DNA of 64,000 nucleotides from the NCBI GenBank assembly GCA_964016885.1, contig OZ024756.1:28086001-28150000 (forward strand), given 5' to 3'. The notes under the pieces are model-generated. The model had not been told where the DNA came from. It saw only the letters and a program-made list of their open reading frames with translations, and ran no database searches. This document shows positions 21,387 to 32,985 of the stretch, one piece after another. The position numbers and the translations under genes are program-made. Each line of letters opens with the position of its first letter. Within the stretch, counting starts at the first letter, position 1. This DNA comes from Eledone cirrhosa (taxonomy: Eukaryota).

Positions 21387-21723
21387 GGAGGCACATGGCT
21401 TAGTGGTTAGAGCATTGGCCTTGCAATCGAAAGGTTGTGAGTTCAATTCTCAGACCGGGTGATGTGTTGTTTCCTTGAGCAAGACACTTTATTTCACATT
21501 GCTCCAGTTTACTCAGCTGTAGAAATGAGATGTTAGGGACTGGGGTCCCTATCATTCCACTGCAAAGTGGTCGTGGAGGTGCCACGGCAAAAAAGCACCC
21601 AGCACTCACTGTAAATGAGGTTGGTGTTAGGAAGGGCATCCAGCTGTAGAAATCAAGCCAGAATCAGTTCCCGTCCCACCCTTGCAAGCAGGGAAAAAGC
21701 AGACCTAAAATGAAATGAAATGA
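21387..21723 (+). mobile_element. Full-length tRNA-head / CORE-like / RTE-tail SINE
   Basis: A box tggcttagtggt, B box agttcaattc, CORE-like ccttgagcaagacactt, and a 3' part shared with RTE 3' ends. Four copies in the window. Confidence 0.85.
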
Positions 21724-21764
21724 TATATATATGTATATATATATATGTATATATATATATATAG

Positions 21765-21826
<62 letters not shown>

Positions 21827-21861
21827 ATGTATATATATATGTATATATATATATATATGTA

Positions 21862-22424
21862 TATCATCATCATCATCATCAACGTTTAACGTCCGTGTTC
21901 CACGCTTGCATGGGTTTGGACGGGGGTAGTCCCACTTGAGGCAAGAGTGATTGTCTTGCTCGCATAGGACTGTCTGGCAGGTTTTCTACAGTTGGATGCC
22001 CTTCCTAACACCAACCACATTTACAGTGTGGGTCTGGGAGGTTTTTACCGTGTTGCCTACACGGCTACATTACAGCGTGGACTGTGTATTTTTTTGTCGT
22101 GACACCTACACGATCTCATTTGTTTCGGCCTGGATGGCGCGGCACCAACATAACTTTACATAGAACGGGGTGGTGTGGATGGGGTGGGGGTGGGGGTGGT
22201 GGGACAGGGTATATTTTGTTAGAGATGCCTACTGGCTGGAGTAGGTTTTACTATATATATTTAGGTAAGGCGGGTCTTCTCTGTTACTGAGTACCGCCAA
22301 AGGTCTCGGTCCAGTGACATTGTCTTGGAGAGGTGTAAGTGTGTGATGTCGGAGTTTATCAGCTCGTCCCAGGTTTTTCTAGGTCTGCCTATTCCGTGAC
22401 TACCGTCTATCTTTATTGCCCTGC

Positions 22425-22425
<1 letters not shown>
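21862..22425 (-). mobile_element. RTE family B 3' fragment
   Basis: [26 protein letters not shown]...KTRLT*, then 3'UTR and (ATG)n. Confidence 0.8.
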
Positions 22426-22456
<31 letters not shown>

Positions 22457-22485
22457 GTATATATATATGTATATATATAGATATG

Positions 22486-22518
<33 letters not shown>

Positions 22519-22605
22519 GTATGTATATATATATGTATATATATATGTATGTATATATATATGTATGTATATATATATATATGTATATATGTATGTATAT
22601 ATATG

Positions 22606-22708
<103 letters not shown>

Positions 22709-22769
22709 GTATATATATATGTATATATATATATATGTGTATATATATATATATATGTATATATATATG

Positions 22770-22814
<45 letters not shown>

Positions 22815-22815
22815 G

Positions 22816-22864
<49 letters not shown>

Positions 22865-22865
22865 G

Positions 22866-22896
<31 letters not shown>

Positions 22897-22941
22897 GTAT
22901 ATATATATGTATATATATATATATATGTATATATATATGTT

Positions 22942-22975
<34 letters not shown>

Positions 22976-22979
22976 TAAG

Positions 22980-23118
22980 AAAGAAAGTGTGGTAAGGAAC
23001 CAGGTGGACCATAATGCACCAGAGTACTCGATACTTAGGGTAGTAGAGTGGGTAAAAGGAAAAGAGTCAGGACCCCAATGGCTGAGCTCCGGCTGTTTCG
23101 ACAGCTAGATCCGAATGC
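22980..23118 (-). mobile_element. Penelope-like 3' terminal (pLTR) fragment
   Basis: Close reverse-complement match to 49623-49752. Confidence 0.7.
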
Positions 23119-23761
23119 ATGTATATATATGTATGTATATATATATATATATATATTCATATATATATATATATATATACATACATACAAATACATTTAT
23201 ACATACAAATACATTAATACATTTATACATATATACATACATACATACAAATACATTTATACATATAAACATACATACATACATACAAATACATTTATAC
23301 ATATATACATACATACATACAAATACATTTATACATATATACATACATACATACATACAAATACATTTATACATATATACATACATACATACATACAAAT
23401 ACATTTATACATATATACATACATAGATACATATATATATATATATATATATACATACATCTACGTATATACACATACATATATATATATACATATGTTC
23501 ATATACACACAGACATATATCATATACATACATACATTCATATAGATGCATACACAGATATACACACATACATACATTATTTATATATATATATACTATA
23601 TAAAACTGTCCCTATGCATAATTTTTCACTTTTAAAACAATGTACAATACACTACTATATCATTAGTATGACCAACTCTTATTTCTGGTTGAGCTCTTTT
23701 TCTAAACTTTCCCTGAATGTATACATACATATATATACCAACACACTCACAAACACACACT

Positions 23762-23821
<60 letters not shown>

Positions 23822-23984
23822 CGTGCAGAGTTATACACACATACATATATAGATATATTCATACATGCATTTATTTACATATACAAATAGATACACCACA
23901 CGTGTGTGTGTGTAAGTGTGTGTAAGTGTGTGTAAGTGTATGTAAGTGTGTGTGTGTGTGTGTGTGTACATGCATTTAACATAT

Positions 23985-26273
23985 TCAAACTATAGGAACA
24001 TGGGGATGAGTTTTTTTATGGGCATTGAGTGGTCCAGATTGGGAAAATGCTTTCGGACACTGATCACATTTATATGGCCGTTCCCCTGAATGTGTTCGTT
24101 TATGAACTCTTAAATTGCTAGAGGTAGTGAAAGCTTTGAAACATATGTCACATGCAAAAGGTTGTTCTCCAGAATGAGTCCGCATATGGACAGTTCTGTT
24201 GCTAGATGTCGAGAATGCTTTTTCGCAGATATCACATTCATAAGGTCTTTCGCCTGAATGAATAGTCATGTGTTCTGTCAGATTTCCTGATGTTGAGAAT
24301 GCTTTAAAACATATTTCACACTTGTATGGCTGCTCCCCAGAATGAACTCTTTTGTGGACTGAAAGATTACTAGAAGTGGAAAAGGTTTTAGAACATGTGT
24401 CACAGCTGTACGGACGTTCGTCTGTGTGTGAACGCATGTGAACAGTCAAATGACTGGAACGGGAAAATGGTTTCTGGCAAACATCACATTGGAAAGGTTT
24501 GTCACCAGTATGTTTCTTCAGGTGACGAGTCAACTCAAAGTATTTAGGGAAAATCTCGTTGCAATAGTCACATTCGAAACTGCGTTCGACGGAATGAATT
24601 TTAAGATGTTCTGAAAGGTAGCGTGCTTGGGAGAAGGCTTTAGGGCAGATATCACACTGGAAATCTCTAAGCTGACCTGAATGAGTTCGCATGTGAACTG
24701 TCCGATTACTTGATGTGGTGAAAGCTTTCGGGCACATTGAACATTTGAATGGATGTTCTCCTGAATGGATTCTCATATGTACTTTACGATTACTAGAGCG
24801 AGAGAAACGCTTATGGCAAATCTCACACTCAAATGGTCTTTCACCAGAATGAGTGGTCAAGTGTTCAGTCAAATTACTTGATGTTGAAAATGCTTTCAAA
24901 CATATCCCACATTTATAGGGTTGCTCCCCTGAATGAACTCTTTTGTGAACCGACAAATTGCTTGAAGTGGAAAACCATTTGTGACATGACTTGCACTCAT
25001 ATGGACCTTTCAGAGAGAATGTAGTTTTCTTAACCATATTCATATGCTGGTTATTTATACAGTCTTTCCCTTGGTTAACATTTTGTTGGATGTTATGACT
25101 GGGAGAAGATTTGATAGTGTTAATGTTTGTTGTACAAGAATCAGAATTGGTTGTCTGAACATGTTCAGAGCAGTTACTCACAGGAGTATGCATGATAGTA
25201 TGCGTGGAAGAAGAATTATGTGAGTTAGTTGATGAAGAAACAGGGTGTGATGTAGGGTTAACAGAACTGTCTAATGAAGATAAACTGCTGCGCTGTTCAC
25301 TTCCATTTGAGCTGAATGTTGCTGTGGTTGTACTGATTGTTGTATTTGTTGTTGTCGTTGGCACTCTCTCTAAACACTTTGAATTAAGAGAGGTATTATT
25401 ATCCTGGTTGCTGACTGGCGGATATAAAAACTGTGCTTTCATCACATCATTGCTACTGATTTTCGGGGAGAGATAATCATGGTGTGGACTTTTTGAAGTT
25501 GCAGTCATTGCTGGAGGTGGCCTAAGCATATGATCAACATTATCGGGGTTAGGAACTACCAAATCTTTTGAGCTCAATAAATCATTAGTTTCACATCCTA
25601 ACAGCATACTGTCTTGGGGTATTATGTTCTTTGAAGATCTGCTCAATTCATGTTCATGGTGGAAAATACCCTTTGACCGGACATAATCACTTTCTTGAGG
25701 ATGCACAGAATTCTTTGTTCTCAACAAGTCAGAACTAAGCATGGATAAATTCTTCAATTTCATGGTTTCATTTGAGTCATGTGGCATGATCCCTTTTAGG
25801 TCCATGAGTTCAGGAGTATTATGGGACACAAATCCTTTCATTCTCATCGATTCATTTAAGTCTTTGTTCAGCTGGTTGCAAGGTCGCTGTATATTGCAGT
25901 TGTCAGGCGAGAATATCATTCCTTTTGGTCTAAAAAAGTCATTCTCATAAGCAGGTATATTCTTATGCCTCGTGTGCTCATTTGTTAAAGTTATCATGCT
26001 CCTTGACTTAAACAATTCATTCTCCTGAGCAGCCATCATGCCTCGAGCACGCTGATAATCATTGTCAGGATTTACTACATTCCTGGGCCTAAACAGGCTG
26101 TCAGGAGGTATCATACCTCGAGATCGAAACCAGTCGCTGTCTAGCGCCATTAAGCTTCTTGATCGGAAGAGGTCGCTTTCAGATGCCATAATTGTTTTGG
26201 GCCTCAGGAAGTCCTCGTCTGTAGACAAAGTACCACAATAAGATTTTAAAAAGCCTTCTTGAGGAGACAACAT
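23985..26273 (-). CDS. C2H2 zinc-finger protein, 762 aa, 12 tandem fingers, single coding exon
   Basis: Twelve C-x2-C-x12-H-x3-H units with SGEQP/SGERP/TGDKP-type linkers. N-terminal repeat region and Ser/Thr-rich linker. In-frame TAA two codons upstream of the ATG. Confidence 0.93.
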   Translation of the reverse strand: MLSPQEGFLKSYCGTLSTDEDFLRPKTIMASESDLFRSRSLMALDSDWFRSRGMIPPDSLFRPRNVVNPDNDYQRARGMMAAQENELFKSRSMITLTNEHTRHKNIPAYENDFFRPKGMIFSPDNCNIQRPCNQLNKDLNESMRMKGFVSHNTPELMDLKGIMPHDSNETMKLKNLSMLSSDLLRTKNSVHPQESDYVRSKGIFHHEHELSRSSKNIIPQDSMLLGCETNDLLSSKDLVVPNPDNVDHMLRPPPAMTATSKSPHHDYLSPKISSNDVMKAQFLYPPVSNQDNNTSLNSKCLERVPTTTTNTTISTTTATFSSNGSEQRSSLSSLDSSVNPTSHPVSSSTNSHNSSSTHTIMHTPVSNCSEHVQTTNSDSCTTNINTIKSSPSHNIQQNVNQGKDCINNQHMNMVKKTTFSLKGPYECKSCHKWFSTSSNLSVHKRVHSGEQPYKCGICLKAFSTSSNLTEHLTTHSGERPFECEICHKRFSRSSNRKVHMRIHSGEHPFKCSMCPKAFTTSSNRTVHMRTHSGQLRDFQCDICPKAFSQARYLSEHLKIHSVERSFECDYCNEIFPKYFELTRHLKKHTGDKPFQCDVCQKPFSRSSHLTVHMRSHTDERPYSCDTCSKTFSTSSNLSVHKRVHSGEQPYKCEICFKAFSTSGNLTEHMTIHSGERPYECDICEKAFSTSSNRTVHMRTHSGEQPFACDICFKAFTTSSNLRVHKRTHSGERPYKCDQCPKAFSQSGPLNAHKKTHPHVPIV

Positions 26274-26585
26274 GAATTAAATTTCCACCAAGACACATTT
26301 ATAACAGTAAGTAAAATTAAACTTTCTTTCTCTCAACTTCTCTCTATTATGTGTGATGTGTGAATGTGTGTATGTATGTACATTAGAGAGTGTGTGTATG
26401 TAGAGAAAGAAATCTATACTGATATTCTGTATAGCCAACAACTTGACCAACAACTGCTTAGAAAAGGAAGAAAATATATCTAAAGACTGAAGTTTTAGAA
26501 CAGTATACGCAACAGTTGAACTATCTATATATATATATATAAATAGGGGAGTGATAAAAGAAATAAAGAAATTGTGTAAGAGAGA

Positions 26586-26650
<65 letters not shown>

Positions 26651-26945
26651 TGAGAGAGAGAGAGAGAGAAAGAAAGAGATGGATAAGTGAGTGGGAGTGG
26701 TAATTATTTTCTTTCAACACAACCAATTACATGTATACAGAGTAGTAAAGAGTGGATAGAAAATTTTGAACAAGCAAGACAAACTTGCTTTCACTCTTAA
26801 AGCCCATCTTATATTAGAAAAACGTATCACTCAAGTTCCTCTGACTGAAGCACAATTAATGTTGGTAAGTTAACACTAAGACATACTGTGACAATCAAAA
26901 AACGCATTTACAAATTTATAATTTCGCTGGTTACATTTCTGTTAC

Positions 26946-27071
26946 CATCTTCCGATCAGAAAGCAAAGGACAAAAAATTCTGGTCGTCTGTTTGAATTGA
27001 TGAGGCGATAACATTGATCATCGGCAAAATAATGACTGTGCCATTGTGTTTCGTGATAACCATGAGGTATT
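26946..27071 (-). other. Candidate upstream (probably 5'UTR) exon of the zinc-finger gene
   Basis: Unique sequence bounded on the minus strand by ctacaacAG and G|GTAACA. A pyrimidine-rich acceptor (ttccttttctaagcAG) lies at ~26454. Confidence 0.3.
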
Positions 27072-27341
27072 CTGTTGTAGGCAGAACAAGTATTCATTTT
27101 TCGCAGTTCAACCTAGAAATAAAGCATATGTCTTTTTTAAAATAAAACTTTTTAAAGACGTAATTTTTAAACAGTTTAAAAAAACAAAAAAGAAAAGACA
27201 ATGTTTTAATATAAAAATGCTTCTTCAAGCATTTAAAGAGAGGATTTTGGTTATGGATATTCTATTTGTTTGTAACAATTTACCTGCAGTAGATAAGTTT
27301 TAGCTTCTGATACCTCATGGAAAACTGTATATACTTACTAG

Positions 27342-27695
27342 TCATCATCATCGTTTAACGTCCATTTTTCACGCTAGCATGGGTTAGACGGGTTTACAGT
27401 GTGCGCGGAGTGCTTTGTGCCGTGTCTCCTACATGATGACTTTACAGTGTAGGCTGAGTGCTTTTTGTTGTGACACCTACACGACCACTTTACAGTGTGG
27501 GCTGGATGTTTTGTGGTACCAACATAACTTTACAGAGTAAGAGTGGTGGGAGGGGTAGTGGAATGGAGATGTTGGGGGTGTGGGGTGCATATTGGATTAA
27601 GAGGTGCCTACTGAGAGTAGGTTTCAGTCCATACTGAAGGCGGATCTTCTGTATTACTGCATAGCGCCAAAGATCTCAATCCTGTGTCATTGTCT
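27342..27695 (-). mobile_element. Diverged RTE 3' fragment
   Basis: (CAT)n tail plus 3'UTR, and a C-terminal MTQD*DLWRYAVIQKIRL-like remnant. Confidence 0.65.
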
Positions 27696-27862
27696 TATAC
27701 ATACATCATCATCATCAAAATTTTACGTCTGCTTTTCCCTGCTTGCAAATACATACATATAAATATACATATATATATATATGGAAAGTTATATTTAAAT
27801 TGTTGTGTTACAACTAGTAAATATTTATAACTGATATAAAAGCACTCGACAAATATTTGGAG

Positions 27863-28490
27863 TATCATCATCATCATCATCATCATCAGGTTTAGCGTCC
27901 GTGTTCCACGCTTGCATGGGTTTGGACGGGGGTTTTCCCACTTGAGGCAAGAGTGGTTGCCTTGCTCGCATAGGACTGTCTGGCAGGTTTTCTACAGTTG
28001 GATGCCCTTCCTAACACCAACCACATTTACAGTGTGGGGCTGGGAGGTTTTTACCGTGTTGCCTACACGGCCACATTTACAGCGTGGACTGCGTGTTTTT
28101 TGTCGTGACACCTACACGATCTCATTTGTTTCGGCCTGGATGTTGTGGGACCAACATAACTTTACATTGAAAGGGGCGGTGTGGAGGTGGTGGGACGGGG
28201 GTGTGTTTTGATAGAGGTGCCTACTGACTGTAGTAGGTTTTTACTTTGTATTTAGGTAAGGCGGGTCTTCTCTATTACTGAGTACCGCCAAAGGTCTCGG
28301 TCCAGTGACATTGTCTTGGAGAGGTGTAAGCGTGTGAGGTCGGAATTTATCAGCTCGTCCCATGTTTTTCTGGGTCTGCCTACTCCGTGGCTACCGTCTA
28401 TCTTTATTGCCCTGCACTTTGTTATACAGCTGTCGTCTTTCATGCGCATCACGTGACCGTACCAACGTAGCCTTCTCTCGAGTAAACAAC
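27863..28490 (-). mobile_element. RTE family B 3' fragment
   Basis: [24 protein letters not shown]...KTRLT*, then UTR and tail. Confidence 0.8.
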
Positions 28491-28551
28491 ATATATTTAC
28501 AGTATATTTACAATATTAAATAAATGGAAACTATATCTATAAAACCATATT

Positions 28552-28617
28552 TATTTCATTATATATATTTCAGGGATAACATATTAACAATATGCTATGC
28601 CTTCCTCAGACAAAATA
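28552..28617 (-). ncRNA. Type I hammerhead ribozyme (mirror copy)
   Basis: Reverse complement of 28654-28719. Confidence 0.7.
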
Positions 28618-28653
28618 CAATATAAACAGTTATCTATAAAACTGTTTATATTG

Positions 28654-28719
28654 TATTTTGTCTGAGGAAGGCATAGCATATTGTTAATATGTTATCCCTG
28701 AAATATATATAATGAAATA
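28654..28719 (+). ncRNA. Type I hammerhead ribozyme
   Basis: Stem I UAUUUUGU/AUGAAAUA; core CUGAGGA; long stem II (agg-atagcatatt/aatatgttat-cct); GAAA; palindromic stem III AUAUAUAU; cleavage triplet AUA. Confidence 0.7.
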
Positions 28720-29139
28720 AATATGGTTTTATAGATATAGTTTCCATTTATTTAATATTGCATATATATATATATATATAAATATACATATACATCATCA
28801 TCATCATCGTCGTTTAACGTCCATCTTCCACGCTTGCATGGGTTTGGACGGGAGGTTTCCCACTTGAGGCAAGATTTGTTGTCCTGCTCGTATAAGACTG
28901 TCTGGCAGGTTTTCTACGGCTGGATGCCCTTCCTAACACCAACCACTTACATACATATAAATATACATATACATACAAATATACATATACATATATATAC
29001 ATATACATACATATAAATATACATATATATATAAATATACATATACATACAAATATACATATATATATATATATAAATATACATATACATACAAATATAC
29101 ATATATATATATATATAAATATACATATACATACATATA

Positions 29140-29501
29140 AATAGCAAGTAAGTATGTTTTGAAACAGTGAGCAGCTTTGAAATTAGAAAATATATAGCTT
29201 TCACCGTATTTTTGACTAAAGGAATTTTAGCCTGATAATGGGGTTTAGAACCCTCAGATAAAATGGAAAAAAATGAGTATTGACGTACATGGGAGTCAAA
29301 CCCACATCTTTGGTTATCGCGACCACTGTGCTACCATTACACCAGTGATGTGTTGGTGTAATGGTAGCACAGTGGTCGCGATAACCAAAGATGTGGGTTT
29401 GACTCCCATGTACGTCAATACTCATTTTTTTCCATTTTATCTGAGGGTTCTAAACCCCATTATCAGGCTAAAATTCCTTTAGTCAAATATACGGTGAAAG
29501 C

Positions 29502-29505
<4 letters not shown>
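29140..29505. repeat. Fold-back element (~150-bp arms) centred on a tRNA-like gene, with a ~55-bp left extension
   Basis: Arms ~29194-29344 and ~29354-29504. Confidence 0.8.
29347..29417 (+). pseudogene. tRNA-like sequence with Pol III boxes and a T7 terminator
   Basis: Acceptor GATGTGT/GTACGTC, A box TGGTGTAATGG, T arm GTGGG-TTTGACT-CCCAT, non-canonical anticodon loop CGCGATA, and T7 at 29425-29431. Confidence 0.6.
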
Positions 29506-29533
<28 letters not shown>

Positions 29534-29717
29534 CATATATATATATATAAATATACATATATATATATAAATATACATATATATAAATATACATATATAT
29601 ATATATAAATATACATATATATAAATATACATATATATATATATAAATATACATATATATAAATATACATATATATAAATATACATATATATAAATATAC
29701 ATATATATAAATATACA

Positions 29718-31240
29718 TATCATCATCATCATCAACGTTTAACGTCCGTGTTCCACGCTTGCATGGGTTTGGACGGGGGTAGTCCCACTTGAGGCAAGAG
29801 TGATTGTCTTGCTCGCATAGGACTGTCTGGCAGGTTTTCTACAGTTGGATGCCCTTCCTAACACCAACCACATTTACAGTGTGGGTCTGGGAGGTTTTTA
29901 CCGTGTTGCCTACACGGCCACATTACAGCGTGGACTGTCTGGCGGGTTTTCTACAGCTGGATGCCCTTCCTAACACCAACCACATTTACAGTGTGGGTCT
30001 GGGAGGTTTTTACCGTGTTGCCTACACGGCCACATTACAGCGTGGACTGTGTGTTTTTTTGTCGTGACACCTACACGATCTCATTTGTTTCGGCCTGGAT
30101 GGTGTGGCACCAACACAACTTTACATAGAACGGGGTGGCGTGGATGGGTTGGGGGTGGTGGGACGGGGGGGGGGGGGGTATTTTGTTAGAGATACCTACT
30201 GGCTGTAGTAGGTTTTACTATGTATTTAGGTAAGGCGGGTCTTCTCTGTTACTGAGTACCGCCAAAGGTCTCGGTCCAGTGACATTGTTTTGGAGAGGTG
30301 TAAGTGTGTGAGGTTGGAGTTTATCAGCTCGTCCCAGGTTTTTCTAGGTCTGCCTATTCCGTGGCTACCGTCTATCTTTATTGCCCTGCACTTTGTTATA
30401 CAGCTATCGACTTTCATGCGCATCACGTGTCCATACCAACGTAGCCTTCTCTCGAGTAAACAACATCTGATCCCTCTTATTTCTAATTTTTTCCTTAGTT
30501 CGTTTATGCTTTGCCGTTCACGTATATTACTGTTACACATCCAGCGGAGCATGCAAGCTTCGTTCCTCTCTAGTCTGCGTATATCCTCTGCACACAATGC
30601 CCAGGTCTCACTGCCATGCAACATTGCTGTTCGTATGCAGGCATTGTACAACCTGCCTTTCATTTTTAGGGAGAACCCTTTAGCAGCTAATAGTGGTATA
30701 AGCTCTCTGAACTTTTTCCAACCAGTTCTGACTCTAGCTACTGTACTTTCAGAGCACCCTCCCCCACTGCTGATTTTATCACCCAGGTAACGGAAACTGT
30801 CCACTATTTCTATAGAACCCTCTGCGCAATTGAAAGAGCTAGTATTTTGTGGGCACTTGCTACTACTTATTGCACCAGAGCACCGGCCACATGTAAAATC
30901 TGTGTTCTTAGTTAGCTTACCTGTGATCCCACTACATCTTTTATGCACCCATACTTTGCATTTAGGACATAAAATGGAGTTTCTACCTACGCCTTTCCTA
31001 CACACCGAGCACGACCATTTCCCAGAAGGGACCGCCGCCTTATTTTCTTTACTACAAACTAGAACTTTAGTCTTAGCCAGGTTAATTTTAAGGCCTTTTG
31101 ATTCTAGGCCGTGCTTCCATGTTTGGAATTTCTTCTCTAGCTCGGCCATTGATTCCGCTATGAGTGTCAGGTCGTCTGCGTATAGGAGTTCCCATGGGCA
31201 GCCGGTCTTGAACTCCTCTGTTATAGCCTGAAGGGCAATA
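29718..31240 (-). mobile_element. 5'-truncated RTE LINE family B (RT motifs through YADD, PHD, C-terminus, UTR with internal duplication)
   Basis: [22 protein letters not shown]...CSVC..CPKC..H..C..CGRC...KTRLT*. Stop codon at 30226. Confidence 0.88.
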
Positions 31241-31538
31241 ATAAATATACATATATATAATATACATATATATAAATATACATATATATAAATATACATA
31301 TATATAAATATACATATATATATTTCGTTTCTGAATTTGTTTAGCAAGATTCTTTATCTGAAATCGTGTGTTGAAACCGATATTGTTATACTTTGGGAGG
31401 GTCATGTTGCCAATAAGAAACACACGCACCAGTTGCTTTCACTTCAATTTAATTTATTATATATTTATAAATTTACAAATTTATAAATTTCTGGTTGGTT
31501 GGTTGGTTCCACAACCAGATAGTTGTTTATATATATAT

Positions 31539-31583
31539 AGTCATAGTTCTTTCGTCACACACTCTGTGACCTCTTCAGTGACT
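31539..31583 (-). ncRNA. Minimal type I hammerhead (mirror copy)
   Basis: Reverse complement of 32039-32083. Confidence 0.6.
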
Positions 31584-32038
31584 GGGGATTTCTTTCTTCG
31601 TTTCTGTGCCTTTCCTTTCTTCTATCCTACGCCATTTTGTTTGTGTGTGGGTTGCGTGCTCAGTTTGTGCATGCGCCACATCCGGGTGTCTGTGTGTGTT
31701 TGTGTTCATTTTTCTATTTTTCTATTTCTATTTTTCTATTTGTTTGTTTATTTATTTATTTATTGCTGGTTGGTTGTTTGTTCTATGTGTGTGTGTGTTT
31801 TCACACACATAGAACAAACAACCAACCAGCAATAAATAAATAAATAAACCAACCAGCAATAAATAAATAAATAAACAAACAAATAGAAAAATATAAATAG
31901 AAAAATAGAAAAATGAACACAAACACACACAGACACCCGGATGTGGCGCATGCACAAACTGAGCACGCAACCCACACACAAACAAAATGGCGTAGGATAG
32001 AAGAAAGGAAAGGCACAGAAACGAAGAAAGAAATCCCC

Positions 32039-32083
32039 AGTCACTGAAGAGGTCACAGAGTGTGTGACGAAAGAACTATGACT
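32039..32083 (+). ncRNA. Minimal type I hammerhead ribozyme
   Basis: Stem I AGUCA/UGACU; core CUGAAGA; stem II gucaca/ugugac with one extra G at its base; GAAA; short stem III AGAACU; triplet CUA. Confidence 0.6.
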
Positions 32084-32331
32084 ATATATATATAAACAAC
32101 TATCTGGTTGTGGAACCAACCAACCAACCAGAAATTTATAAATTTGTAAATTTATAAATATATAATAAATTAAATTGAAGTGAAAGCAACTGGTGCGTGT
32201 GTTTCTTATTGGCAACATGACCCTCCCAAAGTATAACAATACATATATATAAATATACATATATATAAATATACATATATATATATATATAAATATACAT
32301 ATATATAAATATACATTTATATATATATGTA

Positions 32332-32370
<39 letters not shown>

Positions 32371-32490
32371 TTATATATATATATATATGTATATTTATAT
32401 ATATGTATATTTATATATATATATATGTATATTTATATATATATATGTATATTTATATATATATATATGTATATTTATATATATATATAT

Positions 32491-32733
32491 GTATTGTTAT
32501 ACTTGGGGAGGGTCATATTTGCGTAATATTGCCAGAATTAATAACAGAACACACTCACTGTTTGGTTGGTTTTCGCTTCTGGCTGTCTTTTATATCTGCG
32601 ATCTAACTTACTCGGTCCTCAATGTTGCCATTGACTGACAATATTACGCAAATATGACCCTCCCCAAGTATAACAATATCTGTTTCGACACACGATTTCA
32701 TATAAAAAACCTCGCTAAACTAATTCATCGCCA
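32491..32733 (+). repeat. Relative of the 31.3-kb fold-back: ~40-bp inverted end plus ~55-bp tail
   Basis: Shares atgaccctcc.caagtataacaata|tc.gtttc.acacacgattt with 31322-31405. Confidence 0.7.
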
Positions 32734-32852
32734 CTATATATATGTATATTTATATATATATATATATATATATGTATATTTATATATATATATATATGTA
32801 TATTTATATATATATATATATATGTATATTTATATATATATATATGTATATT

Positions 32853-32888
<36 letters not shown>

Positions 32889-32934
32889 TGTATATTTATA
32901 TATATGTATATTTATATATATATATATGTATATT

Positions 32935-32985
<51 letters not shown>

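Larger units (their letters stand above)
28511..28760. repeat. Fold-back element (~120-bp perfect arms), each arm carrying a hammerhead
   Basis: 28511-28631 is the reverse complement of 28640-28760. Confidence 0.85.
31322..32240. repeat. Large fold-back (~420-bp arms) with hammerheads and a ~59-bp left tail
   Basis: 31381-31795 is the reverse complement of 31801-32240, apart from a small duplication in the right arm. Confidence 0.88.

Noticed and set aside
29347-29417. Functional tRNA gene
   Set aside because: The anticodon loop lacks U33, the T loop is TTTGA rather than TTCGA, and the acceptor stem has several G-U pairs.
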